Of a DNA stretch of 64,000 bases, positions 1 to 12,310 are shown piece by piece (position 1 is the stretch's first letter; every line of letters begins with the position of its first letter). The DNA lies in contig NC_045696.1 in NCBI RefSeq assembly GCF_009834535.1, positions 67,582,001 to 67,646,000 on the forward strand, in the 5' to 3' direction. Under the pieces are notes generated by a model. The model was not told the DNA's origin and did not search any database. It saw nothing but the letters and a program-made list of their open reading frames with translations. The position numbers and the translations under genes are program-made. This DNA comes from Camelus ferus. Taxonomy: Eukaryota.

Positions 1-219
1 CGTCACACCAGGAGAGCAAGGACTAAAACCAATGTATTCTATTTACATCACTTTTCTTCCCAAGGAAGCTTGGTGCTCTTAATTTTAATCTGTTCACTTA
101 TACAAACTCATAAGAATAATCAAAACTAAGCCTTTAAGAGATCCATCACCAAAGCAGAAAAGCATCTCATTGATTTTGCTAATTATAAAACTTAAAATAA
201 CTATTGCATAATTCACTTA

Positions 220-830
220 TTAAATTGGTGCAAAATTAACATAGAGAAACCCCTTCAACACTGGATAAGGTATAGCTTAACATTTGGTCTCATTATTGCT
301 GGTGGTTCTGTAAATTGGAAAAATCTTTTTAAAGAAATCTAGTAAAAGGTCTCCAAACTGCCATAAAGTAAACTTGGTAGCATAAATCATAGAATTTATG
401 CTAAGGAAGTAATTCAAAGTAAAATAACATAAAAACTTTTACTCAGTTACTTATAGGCATGTTATTTACAATACTGAAAGACTGGAGAATATCTGATATC
501 TTTCTAGTGGCAAATGGCTTTAAAATGTAGTGTGTAAGCATAAGGTACAGCTAACAGATAAAAAGCTAAAAATGGAAATCAGTAACAGTGGAAAGCTATA
601 TACATATTCATATGAGGTCAATCAATGGAAAATTCAAAAGAAAGCATGTATAAAGTGATTAAAGAGAATTACAATGCCTTACTGAGTCCAATTTGTTTAA
701 TTACAGCTATGTACATGTAAGGATTAAGGATTCAGGAGACCATAGGAAAATGCAAATAGTCACTGAATCAAAGATAAAGCCACCGCTGGTATATTTGCTC
801 TCCACATTATGTAAATATTTAATTTAAACA
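220..830 (+). mobile_element. Highly diverged ancient L1 (L1ME-like) 3' fragment
   Basis: L1 3'-type phrases: attgctggtggttctgtaaattgg, agaatttatgctaaggaagtaatt, gttatttacaatactgaaagactgga. Boundaries approximate. Confidence 0.45.
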
Positions 831-1859
831 TGATCTTAAGTTCTTCAGTACCAATTTAAGCAAAAATAAAATAAATTAAATTTATATCAGACCGGTCTCC
901 TTCCAGAACTCAGAGCATCAAACAGTGTGGTCCTTACACAGAAATAGTTAACTAACTTAACTAACTTCAATATGCTGATTCTATCAATGAAAAAAAAGAG
1001 CACAGACTGAGGCCCAGGGCCTAGGTTTTCTCTGCTTTGTACAGGACGTCTCAGACATCTTGCTTCTACTAATGGAACACGACGCAGTTTGACTGGATGA
1101 CATCACAGGTGCTTCCTGGTCACAGGGCTTCCTGGTCTAAGGTCACACAGCCCTAGGGTCCTCCTTAACACAAACTCTATCTTCAAAACAAAGCTGTCTC
1201 ATTTTATTCTCCTAGCTTTCCCAACCTCCTGAAGAGAAACTCTTTACATTTTTAGCGTGGCAGCTCATTGCACTTAGGAAAGTTCAGAAGACATTAAAAT
1301 GCTAAAACATCCATCTGCGGGCTTGAGGGCTGTGCTGAACTCTGAAATCAGTATCGAACAGGGGTCTTTGAGTAAAGCTTAACTGAATTCTGATAAGAAT
1401 TAAATTACATTTAGAGTCACCACGGATACATTTCATTAAAGAAAAATCTTGATTAAAGTTTCTTAGGAGGGAGTGAAGTCAAAAAGGATGGTAAGAAATT
1501 CCATTACTTGAATTCACTCACTTCTTGCAAGGATGTGATTAAACATCACCCAGATAGTGCTCCCTGTCATGAGCACAGTACAGGAACGGGCAACTAAAGC
1601 AGAAGGAAATGCACCCTCAAGAACTGCTGAGCTGCTGTGCCTGGAGTGGAGATGGAGACCTCACCTCAGCACAGCAGAAACCCACAGAGCAAGCAAAGCA
1701 TTTAACAACGGGAGAGGGGTACGTCTGAGAGATTGGAACGATTTCCCAAAGCCCGATGCATCTCACTGCACATGTAAGGTCCTCACTTTCAGAAATGCTA
1801 AATAGGCCAGAAATCTTATCAAAATTAATCTCAGAATAACATTCATTCCATTACCATTC

Positions 1860-2060
1860 CCTGAGCCAGCCAAGTGTGCCTTACAAAGACTGCCTCATTT
1901 CATCTTTGCGAGCCTTTGGGGAGAATCCTGCAGTCACCGCTATGTGTATGAGGAAACTGAGGCTTAGAAAGATCATGTCGCCTTCCCAAGGAGACAAAGT
2001 ATTAAGTGATGGAATCAAATTCAAACTCACGGTCGTCATACAGTGTTACATTGTTTCCCA
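1860..2060 (-). mobile_element. MIR SINE remnant
   Basis: Reverse MIR core atgaggaaactgaggcttagaaag followed by ggaatcaaattcaaactca. Confidence 0.7.
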
Positions 2061-3835
2061 GTACTGTTCATGTGATTCCTGGCTCATAAGAAATAAAAGG
2101 AAAACTGAAGGGGGCAGCCACAGGAGTCTCATTCAAGTAGCAAGAATCAACAGTGCGGTCAAAAAAAGGGTGAAAAACAGACACAAGAACTACAAAAAAA
2201 CACAGCCGGCTGCGGTCACCTAGTGTACAGACAAACAGCCGGAGGTGCTTCCAGAGGCTCTGCTCACGTCACTGCCATAGCTCACTGCCGTAAATAACTT
2301 CACTGCGGTCCTAGGTCATTGTGAATGGCAGTCACACAGTCTGTTTACAATGGCAGGGAATTTTGTAATTTTCTCTTTCAACAAAGATTTCAAACAGTGA
2401 TATTTGAAATAGTCTTATTTCCTACAGAGGTAAGTTTTTGTGCACTAGACTTCCCCTGATATGCAACTGTTGCTTCCAAATCAATGGGTCATCACCGTGT
2501 TTGTGCCTGTGTTCTGGAAAAACTAAGCCTTGTGTCTGCAAGGAATATGGGACTAGGAGTTTGAACAACTGAATACAGTCCTGACTCTGACACTAATAAA
2601 AGAACATAAGAAGTCACTTTTCTTCCTCTCTGTATCTCTGTATTCTCACTTCTGAAGAGAGGAGTTAGACAAATGATCTTAAGCTTTTTGTTTTTCCTCC
2701 AGCTCCAACATAATGTGGCACTATAATGATGCTGTATGCGTCTACGTTGCCTTTGGGGAGAAAAATGAAATAAAACTGAACCTAAGAGATGCAAAACAAT
2801 ATTTAATTCTTACAGATCTTACAGATCTTACTCATGAAGAAATTTCAGACCTGTGCTACAGATTCCAGGGCTGCAATGAGTTAGAGCTGTCAGATTATGG
2901 AAAATACCAATGAAGCCAGAAACTTCTGCAATAAACTTCAACCTTAGGGATTTTCAAAGTTATGTATGACTCTCAATAGCTTGCACCCGAGGCTTCTCTT
3001 ATATTGAAATGTCTGGACACTGAAGGCCAAATCATGCCCTTTTTTTGTGGATTTGCAAAAAGTACTACTTTTTTTCCACTAACAAGTGTTAAACAGAGAG
3101 CTAAAGTCATGCAGGATAGCAAGAAAATTTACTTTAGATTTAAAAAGTTTATGTTCATTCATCAACTTGCTCTGTCAGAAGATACCTGAGTGTGTAGATT
3201 TAAGTAGCCTGGCAAACAGCTAAGATAATGTGACTGCGAGGATTTCTCAGTCGCCCAGTATGTTATTAAAATATAGTTGTATATTTTAAAAAGAAAACTA
3301 TTAGCTCAGTCAGCATGACTATTTCTTTCCCTTTAAGGTCCTCTATCCTAAAGAGTTTCTCTAAATGCATCATTGAAACCCTGCTGGGTATGACAGGTGA
3401 GAAACATTCTGGGTGCGGTGGGGGGAAGGTGATTCAAAGGACCCAGGAGTTTGAAAGAGCACTCACAATTCTCAAGGCCCTGCGATGTTTCTCTACGGCT
3501 TCAAATATAGAGTTAGACTTAAATGATTAGAGGTGACTCTGCTACTCAGGAAGCCTTCTGATGCTTCAAGGGGAAACGTGCTAGCTTGTACATATATGCT
3601 TGTAAGCCAGGGGGTGATGGTGTCCTCGGCAGACCACTAACTGAAGGGTAGCCCCGTCCGATGCACCTTTTGACTTCATATGAACAGGGGATGTATGGAT
3701 GAAAAAGGTGGTGTGTAAATTTACACACACACACATTTTGAAATCTGATGAGAAGTAAAGATCTGATGGCTACATCTGATCTGGAGTGACAGAAGCTGTC
3801 TTTGTCCAGTACCCGGGGACCACGTCTGAACTTAC

Positions 3836-4005
3836 AATGTAGCAGGGCTCGCAGTAGGCTTTCTTCTCCACCGCGTAGAAGGGCTGCCCGCGGAGCTTGT
3901 TGTTACAGATGATGCAGGTGAAACAGTCCACGTGGAAGACCTGATCCATGGCAGTGCATCCTGTACCTTCCCCAACGACGTTCTCCCCACAGCGAGCACA
4001 GCGGC
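3836..4005 (-). CDS. LPP: LPP internal coding exon (170 bp, phase 1 to 0) encoding LIM domain 1: (G)RCARCGENVVGEGTGCTAMDQVFHVDCFTCIICNNKLRGQPFYAVEKKAYCEPCYI
   Basis: Acceptor ccctttttctttcAG|GC (AG at 4006-4007); donor ATT|GTAAGT (GT at 3834-3835). The split Gly codon G|GC joins in frame to the 54508-54634 exon. Complete LIM pattern C-x2-C-x18-H-x2-C-x2-C-x2-C-x17-C-x2-C. Confidence 0.97.
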
Positions 4006-4459
4006 CTGAAAGAAAAAGGGGGTTGGCTGTTAAGAACATGTTCTGTCCTTCTAAAGAAGACAGCCTGGGGGAGACAGCAGATCCCTAATGCCAGCAGCAG
4101 CCACAGGACCACCGATACCGCCATCAACATCATGAGCAAGAGGACCACTACAGCCACCACCATCCCCTGCAAGGCCAGCATGATGGGGATTGTACGAGTC
4201 AGTTGAGGGGTTGACCGTCACAGCAAAGGTCCCATAGAAAGTGACAGAGAAGAACTCAGGTCTCCTGTTGTCAAAGCCAGGGCTCTGCCTCTAGTCTCAC
4301 ACACAAGGGTTAAGAGAACATGACTCAGGAGCGTAGGCGTGGAAGGCGTAGTCCAGGAAAGTCTTTCTCCCTGGAGAGACCTTGCATCCAGTGTGACTGT
4401 CAGGGAACTGGGTCCAAACTCAAACTTCAACTCCTTTCACAAAAGCCTGGGTTGCAAAA

Positions 4460-4775
4460 TCTCTGCATCCAGCCCTCAGTGACAGACAGATAAAAAAAGT
4501 GGTCCCTTTTATTTCCAGGCAGTGCTGACTGCTAGAAAGTTCTTTCTCATAGTGACCTGGAATGCTGCCTCATTCTGTTACCCAATAGTTCCAGTTCTGT
4601 CTTTTAAGGCCTTATAAAATACGTCTCCTCTTTTACACTTGACGTCCTTTGAGATATTACAGTTCAGTTATCATTGCCTCCAAGTCTGTTCATAGTTTGA
4701 ACAGCTCTAAATTGTGCAACAGTTTCACGCACAGTACAGTTTTGAGTCCCTCAGAACCTTGGTCGTCACTGTCCA
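4460..4775 (-). mobile_element. L3/CR1 LINE remnant
   Basis: tagaaagttctttctcat...ccaatagttccagttctgtc...cctttgagatatt resembles the reverse L3 3' region. Confidence 0.5.
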
Positions 4776-5124
4776 GCCCAGCATTTTGCAAACTTCCAGA
4801 TTACTAATTTGATGCATGGGGCCTCTGACCACAAACAGACATTGTGTTTAGGTTGAAATAAATGTATTAAGTTTTGAATCGTAACATTAAAATGTCATTT
4901 AAGGAAACCCTGTATGTCAGTGAGAGGCATTACGCTGGCTGCAGTCTGTACCCAGATCTGGCTTCACTGTGGGAATCTTGAGCTGCGGGTCAGGTCCCCT
5001 TTCAGGTTTTTTTATTATTTCTACAAAGGTTAAAAGTCTTAACAAGTAACTGCAGGTCACTGGGAATGTCAGCAAGAACCGGCAGGCTTTTACAGAGAAG
5101 CTACAATACAGCTCACCCCTGCTG

Positions 5125-5355
5125 CACAAGTGTCAGGCATTTTCGAGGTGCTTTAGATGCATTAACTTACTTCACATTCACAAAAACCGATACAACAGGT
5201 ACTGTGATTTTCCTGTGGATGTCGAGTGTAAAATACGAGACATATTTCCTGAGGCCTTAAAAGACAGATGAGGAAACTGGGTTACAAAGCTGGTTAGCTC
5301 ACTTTTAACCCAAGCAGTCTAGCGTCAGGGTGGGTGGTCCTAACCGCTATGCTGT
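5125..5355 (-). mobile_element. MIR SINE remnant
   Basis: gtgtcaggcattttcgaggtgctttagatgcattaac...acagatgaggaaactgg...ttttaacccaagcagtct. Confidence 0.65.
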
Positions 5356-5699
5356 CTTGGCTGTGCGGAGTTCTGTGCATCAGCACTGAACACAGCTGGC
5401 ACTATGGAGAGATTTCTCACTAAAGGCTGCTGTCAGCAATCCATCACATTGGACTGACACCCGCTTCACACCTAAAAGAGGGGAGAGTTTTCCGTGTTTC
5501 AACTTGGGAGAAAAGAAGCAAATATATTTCTAATTCTCTCAGGTTGTGTTGGCCCTAGAAAGTATTTTTGTATATTTTCTCGCAGGATTTGAGTGCATCT
5601 TTAAAATATAGCCCACACTATAGATCGTTTCCCCCCTAACTAACAAGAAATACCAGGTGCTGAAAAAATGGTTAAACTCTTGGAAATCGAGCCGCCTCC

Positions 5700-6820
5700 A
5701 CCATAGTTAATATTTTTATGCAGTCTTTATATCATACTTGACATTTGATAAAAACTTTTATATATTTGTAATAAACTTTCTGGCTTGATTTGCAAACTTC
5801 TATTCAGGAATGAACTTGTATCTGTTTTCATTATAAGATGTATAACCTTAGGAAGGTGCTTTAAAATTTTGGACTTTTATTGCCTTTGGTAATAAAATGA
5901 GATTTTCCACATGGCACTACTTTGGTGATTATTCTAAAAACTTAATTGGCTTACTAGAAAGCTCACTCTATTATTTTTGAAAAGGATGCTAGCAGGGAGG
6001 GAAATGGCTCAGTGGTGGAGCGTGTGCTTAATATGCACAAGGTCCTGGGTTCAATCCCCAGTACTTATATTAAAAAAAAAAAAGATGCTAAAAATTCTAA
6101 GAGCTTCATGCTATTATCTGACAACACTTCATTACAGAAAACATACTGGAGATTTCGGGCAAATGGATCACCAATCCATAAAATATAATTTAAAAATTAC
6201 ATCATCCTCATAGCATTCAGAGTTTTCTTTTTCAACTGCTTGTGTAAAATCAGCACATTCACCCCAGTGTATACAGATTCATTTCCAATATTTATATTAG
6301 AATTGCGTTCACTAAAATTTACCTTTGTAATATTAATCTGAAGTGGTATTTATGGCATTTTCTTTATTACTATTTTTTTCTAAGAATCACATTCAAATCA
6401 CTGATCTATTTGGTGAACTGAAGAAACAGTGTAATACAATAGCAATAATAAAAAAATGCAGGTTTTACAGCAGCAGAGAAAAACACTAATGACATGAAAA
6501 TGCTCTGAGCTGAATGGCACTGTTACTGAACATCAGGTAAACAACAGCGATCAGCAACACTGATCAACGCTGTTACTGAACACGGGCTAAGCACCGCCAG
6601 GTTCTGTGGTACGCAAGCAGTCTTTAAGAACAGGGTGATTGATTAAGAGCATATTGGATTCCTGTGAATACTGTACTTCTACATTTCAGATCTGTTAAAT
6701 GCAAGTCTACAAAATAACTTTTATTACTCTTTCCTTCTCTCAACACCAAACTGGATTCCTTGATACTCTGTCAGGGACTACCAGTGATCTGTGGACTACA
6801 CTTTGGAAGAAAATTGTTCT
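5700..6820. mobile_element. Possible old hAT (Charlie/Tip100-type) DNA transposon remnant, interrupted by the SINE at 5992
   Basis: AT-rich unique-looking sequence ending in gatctgtggactacactttggaagaaaattg, similar to hAT termini. Family not identified. Confidence 0.3.
5992..6078 (+). mobile_element. tRNA-derived short SINE, Vic-1-like (camelid), with A-tail and about 12-bp TSD
   Basis: Pol III A box TGGCTCAGTGG (6005-6015), B box GGTTCAATCC (6048-6057), tRNA-like body and poly(A). Flanked by aaaaggatgcta (5980-5991) and aaaaagatgcta (6079-6090). Confidence 0.85.
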
Positions 6821-7069
6821 AGCCAAATGTTACTGACTCTCGGTCATGGCGGTCTACCAGGCAGGTGCAGGCAGCAATTATGATCCAGGCCATGGTGGCC
6901 CGAGCTGTACTATCTGGAATCCAGGAGCCTGAGCCCACATGGTTAATGGAGAGTTTGAGAGCTACCCATGAGGATCCGGGAGGAAATTTCAATCACTGAT
7001 TAAAGGGAGAGAAAGGTCAGAGGAGAGCCCTAAAGGTCAGGACAAAAAGCTAAGCTTTGGAATTCTCTT

Positions 7070-7375
7070 TGTATTCAACAGGCATTCCCCAGGTATTTAC
7101 TCTTTGCCCAGTACTCTATTCTGTACGATACACAGAAATAAATCAGACAGTGTCAGTCCCTTTTACATCAATTATGAAACTATATGCACCCTACAATCCC
7201 ATGATAAAATGTGGTGTCACATGAGGAAGGGCTACGGAGATGTGGGAGGAAACTCACGTGTGAGAGGGCTCAGAAAAGGCTTCGTGGAGCAAGAGGCATT
7301 TAAGATCAGCCTTAAAGGACGGAATTTGGACAGGTGGGGATGGAAGAGAGGAAAACATTCTCCACAGAGGAGATG
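7070..7375 (-). mobile_element. L2 LINE remnant
   Basis: attcaaca...tatttactctttgcccagtactctattc...cagaaaaggcttcgtggagcaagaggcatttaagatcagccttaaaggac, typical of reverse L2. Confidence 0.6.
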
Positions 7376-8606
7376 AGTGGCTGAGCTTACTGGATCCAAA
7401 ATCTCTGCAGTGACTTGGCGGCAGCACCACAAGGTTTTATCTTCTCAGCCATGAAAGCAGATGGACGGTGTTCAGAAGGAACAATCTTCTCCTTTATATC
7501 CGGGAGAATATTCTTCCTGAGTGGGTCAGGCTAATGTACTGGACCCAGACATGGCCAACTCTGCTGCCTCCCGTATTTTTCCTATTCTTGGGAGAAATTG
7601 AGGACACCAGGCTCGAGGACAGTCAGTCTGGCACCTTAAAATCACAAGCCCAGAAAAAGAGCGAAGAACAAAAATTAAAAATAGCCCTACACATCAGCAG
7701 GACAGAAAAGGTGCCCGAATGTTCCCTTTTCGCATTAACAAAAACTTACAAACTATGCCTCTTAGGGAAACATTCACAGTGGAAAGTCACTCATGCAGAG
7801 TGCATCCTGGCCCCTAGAGGGGCCCGCGCTACACGTCATTAAAAGCATCCCACAGTCCTGCTTGCTGCCCATCTTGGAGACAGGTGTCTCAGCACTTTTC
7901 AACAAGAAAAACCAGGGGAACGGTACCAGACTTGAAGCCATCAGAGCATGAAGGAAACAACTGATGAGGGGCCAGTGGGAAACTCAGGGTCAAGTTCAGA
8001 CCCAGGGCTGGTAGGAGGAACTCAGTGGCAAAGCTTAGCACAGTCACTTAAAAAAATCCAATGACAGAGGGTTAGACATCCTGGGGAGAATTTTGTCAGT
8101 GAACTGAGATGCCTGAACCCATAAAAGCTTGTCCATATATTACTACTTGTTATATATATTGCTTTATACCCACTGTGGAGCCAGTCACACAATGTTCTCA
8201 CGCATCCCCTAGCCCGCCCCCAACTACAACGACAGAACCTCTGCAGTGTCTCTGAAATGCTTCTTTCCCACCACGTGTCTGCTGCCCACATTGGGCTCTT
8301 TATCTTTCATGGGCCATTGCAATGGCTTCCTGATTGCTCTGCTATCTCTGATTTACTTCCTCTTACAAATGGAAAGGCTTTGTGGCTGTCTCAGTACTTG
8401 AGCTAGGTCTTAAAGTTTACACAGGTTTTGAACAAGTCACTTTAGGAATGGCATGGGTGAAGGGTGACGTGACCGGCAAATCAACAAGTTAAGAGAGGGG
8501 GGTGAAAGAGTGAGACGTGTGTTTGCATATTTAACGGTCCCAGCGTTCTCTTTTCATAATGTGAATTTATTTATTTTGTAATATGGAAATAAAATACCGT
8601 TTAAAG

Positions 8607-8913
8607 ATGATCTTATTTACAAAACACAAACAGGTTTACAGACAGAGAGAACAAACTTGGGGTTACCAAGGCGGGAAGCGGGTGGGAAGGGATAAACTGG
8701 GAGTTCGAGACTTGCAGATACTGACTACTACATATACAAAATAGATAAACAACAAGTTTTTACTATATAGCACAGGTAACTATACTATAATGAAAAAGAA
8801 TATAAAAATGAATGTATGTGTGTATATGTATGACTGAACTATTATGCTGTACACCAGAAACTGACACATCGTAAACTGACTATACTTCCACAAAAAAATA
8901 AAAATAAATAAAA
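8607..8913 (+). mobile_element. 5'-truncated young (camelid-type) LINE-1 3' UTR with A-rich tail
   Basis: Colinear with the copy at about 22824-23131 (acagacagagagaacaaactt-ggttaccaagg...gggaagggataaactgggagtt...gctgtacaccagaaactgacac...ctgactatacttc plus A-tail), with a short internal deletion near 8780. Confidence 0.85.
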
Positions 8914-9609
8914 CGATGTTCTTGTGACCAGTACACCGTGAATACAACAGGCCATAGACCCTCTTTTGCAAACCCTGCTTGTTTTACAAATGTCCATAGT
9001 CATTCTGAGAGCTGGTGCCACGGTGATGGGGAGCGGGGAGTGACATACTTCCAAATCTGTGCGTTCTTCAACATCAAAAGTAAAACAGTAAATTCATGCA
9101 GACACACAGCCAGGTCACATTGGTCGTCATGTCCTTTTTGCTACTTACAATAGTAATTTTAAGTATAAGCAAAATTAATATTCTATCTTTAAATATCGTA
9201 ATGAATTGAAACTCTGCAAGCCAATGCATGATATATCAGCTTTCTTATTAACTGCCTTCTAAAATATATTCCAAACAAAGTCCTGTTCCAAAAGTTGAAT
9301 CAGTAAGGTCATATCAGGGTCATGAAATGATGGCAAATTGTCCCTGGAAACAAAGCTTGGGCCAATTTATCCTACACATTGTCCATTGGAGTCATCCTCC
9401 ATTAAGCTGATTCAGAAATTACCTTCCACTGAAGGCATGAAAAGACAATAGAACGAGTTTGCACTCCATGTGACAAGTCCATGACACTCACTGAGGGTTC
9501 GAGGATGGTGGCACTGTCTATTTACCAAATCTTCTACTTTATGGAATCCTGTAATATTAATGCATATAATAATAGACAACCTGTTTTTTAAACTGCTTAA
9601 GTCCTAGGA

Positions 9610-9786
9610 CAGTGATTCTCAACTTTGCCTGAGGGTTGAAATCACCTGGGGAATTAAAAAAATAATACTGCTCTCTGGGTCCAGCCCCAGAGATTCTGAT
9701 TTCCTTGGCCGAGGTGGGATGTCTTAGGGTTGGCATTTTAGAAAGTACTCCAGGGGACTGTAATGTTCAGCCAAGTGGAGCCACTG
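9610..9786. mobile_element. MER5A-like non-autonomous hAT-Charlie DNA transposon
   Basis: Starts cagtgattctcaact, ends ccactg; internal aatcacctggggaatt and ccccagagattctgatt. About 177 bp. Confidence 0.8.
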
Positions 9787-11134
9787 TTCCAAGGGGTGCC
9801 TGTTTCTGTACCACCTGTCAGGATAACAGCTGACAAGTATCGCCCAGGTTTCATCTTCATACAAAACAGTTAGGGGACAGACGGTTAACAGTGAGTTGGC
9901 TGAAAAAAATAAATTTCTGTAGCATCATAATATATATTGCTTTTTACCAACAACAGTGACTCCCCTGATGCCATCTCTTTATGTATTAGTTTAAAGAGTT
10001 TCCAGTGGCTTTCCACTGATAACATACATGAACGGAATCAGCTAGGTTTTCTCATAAAATACTTTGCCAGCATTGAGCCAGAGAGCAGTTCACATACATT
10101 GGTTACAAGCATTCCTACAGAACAGGCTCCTTTGTGTCATAAATAAATTTCTCACACAGCACTGCAGTAGAGCCTGAACAATACAGGATGCACAAAGAAT
10201 GCCATCGGGTAGACACTGAAGGTGTGGTATCAGTACATCACACATCAAATCGAGTTTTTACTATTTTCTTGGACTCTGCCTTTAAATAACACAGCAGCAT
10301 TCAGTTTCCTTCGCTAGTGCTATTTAGCTTTGAATCCTGGAATCCTTCTCATATATTAAAAGCCAGACTGCAGCACACCTCTCATTTTGCCACTGCCTGT
10401 GTGTATAGAACCGTGTTATGCTACTTCACTAGGTTATTGCTTAGGTGGTCCTTGCAGATTCAGTGGGAGCATGGATGGGAAGGAGAAGCAGGTGGCAGAC
10501 AGCTGTTCCCCTCTGTCTTTCTCTCCCCTGTCCTCTCATCCTCTCTCTCCCTCTCCCTCATGCACACACATGCATGTGCACAGACAGATGACAGGAAAAG
10601 GAGCAATGACTACAACAGCACTGGAACTGGAGGCAGACATATGAAGCTTTCAGAAAAAGACAACATAAGAAGCGTTTTAGTACAAAACAAGAAATTAAGC
10701 TAAGTAACAAGAAAACAAAATAAAGAAAACACACCCCCACACCGTCAGAGAGATCGGTTCAGGAACGGGTGGATGAAGCTGGGAGACAAACATGAGGAGA
10801 TGCAGTGAGGACCGAGTCACCCACCGGTAAAAGGAAGTCATTATGAGGTCTAAACATCACTTATAGATACGTATTTGCTTAGGCTGGACCTTCAGGTAAG
10901 GATGTAAATTGGGAGGGGGAGTCTCACATAAGGTTGCAAAAGCAAGCACTGCTTAGGAGTGGGGCCTGCACCTGCTCCCACTCCCAGGGAAAACAGAGCC
11001 AGGACAGCATCATTTGTCTAAGCAACTGCCCCCCACCGCCCCCCGAGCCTCGGGAGAGCTCAGTAAGGTGTCACGATCGGCTACAGATGAGGAAGTCAGT
11101 GCAGGTAAGGAAGGGAAGAGCTTGAAGTGTTGAA

Positions 11135-11247
11135 CCTCCAACTCTGGCTTCCCACCAGGAAAGCTTTTAAAATAATACCGATGGTCATGTTACACCACAG
11201 AGAGTCTGATTCATTTAATCTAGGGCAGTGGGGTTGGGAACCAGTGT
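11135..11247. mobile_element. MER5-family fragment
   Basis: caccaggaaagcttttaaaaataataccgatg...cagagagtctgattca...ggttgggaaccagtg. Confidence 0.55.
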
Positions 11248-12109
11248 TCTAAAGGGAAGCGTGTGCTTATGTGTTCTACAAAGTGGAGTTTGCCCCAGAG
11301 TGTTCTTAGAAAGCAGTGACAGAGGGACCAAGTCGGACACCACATACCCTGGTCCCAACCTTCCCTAAACTAATATACACGTGCCCGGTGGTCAGGAAAA
11401 TCACTTTCTGACAACAACTTCCATTCTCGGAAAGAGCAGAACAAACATAACAACCAGAAAACAACAACAACGAAAGCAAAACAGGAAATAACGCTGCTTC
11501 GCAGTGTGGGATACGCTACCCGGTGCCCCTTGGACGCAGTTGTCTATAGCGTGGTGGAAAGGTGGTCAGGCAGCACTGCGAGGTTTGCCTGTGTTGGTCA
11601 CTAGCCAGGGGAGCCCGGACAAGCTACCTAGATGTTCTGAGCCTGAAGTCCCTTGTTTTCAAAACAAGTTGCTGGGTCATCTGTCCTGTTATTCTTTTAA
11701 CCCTTCAACAAACACACTTACTGAGTCTCTATTCTGTGCCAAGGACTGTGCACAGTGGTGACCTTTCCTCAGCCTCTGTGGAAAGGCCATGATGACGACA
11801 GCCTTGACGACCTGGCACCGAGTTCAGTGACAGGAACAGCTGCCAAGTGCCAAGTACAGGCCCTGCTTCTTTCTGACAACTTGGAAGTGAAGGGCTCATC
11901 ATGACAACAACCAGAGATGTGCACTCCGGACCCTCCTCTAAAGACAGTGGTCGGTGTGGGGGTGAGAGGCAGCTGCGCCCGTGACGCAGTTATGTAAGAT
12001 TCATATTTACCAGTATGGTGCCAATAGAATTTTGAGTGCTAGAAATTCAATCCCAGGCCTGAAAAAGTCTGTGGACCCCAGCGTGATGAAAATCATCAAG
12101 ATTTCTTCA

Positions 12110-12310
12110 GCACTTATCGTTCGCTGTTTAAGTATTTAAATACATTGTCCCAAGTAATCCTTCCAACAACCTGATGACCAGGCCCTCTCAGTATCTCCGT
12201 TACAGTTGAAAAAGCGGCCGTCCAGAGAGATTCGGTAACTTGCCCACGGAGTTCAATACCAAAGCTGGAACCGGGGCCCAGGCAGTTTGGCCTTAAAGCC
12301 CACTTCACCT
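12110..12310 (-). mobile_element. MIR SINE remnant
   Basis: taatccttccaacaacc...ttacagttgaaaaagcggccgtccagagagattcggtaacttgcccacgg...ggaaccggggcccaggcagtttgg. Confidence 0.7.

Noticed and set aside
3903..4181. 92-aa minus-strand ORF with a long hydrophobic N-terminus (signal/TM-like) overlapping the LIM1 exon in another frame
   Set aside because: The hydrophobic run comes from a decayed GTG/ATG/CTG triplet tract in the intron (about 4090-4170). There is no promoter or splice support and no recognisable homology.
5992..6066. Possible tRNA gene
   Set aside because: Acceptor and anticodon stems are degenerate and the unit has a poly(A) tail and TSD, so it is a SINE.
6520..6582. 13-bp direct repeat ctgttactgaaca spaced 50 bp apart (CRISPR-like periodicity?)
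   Set aside because: Only two copies, in mammalian intron DNA; an ordinary local duplication.
7468..7842. Longer unexplained ORFs (this one, also 1876..2223, 10317..10703, 34014..34382, 62364..62747)
   Set aside because: 115-128 codons is within chance expectation for 64 kb in six frames. Several start at non-ATG codons or overlap repeats, and none shows a recognisable domain.
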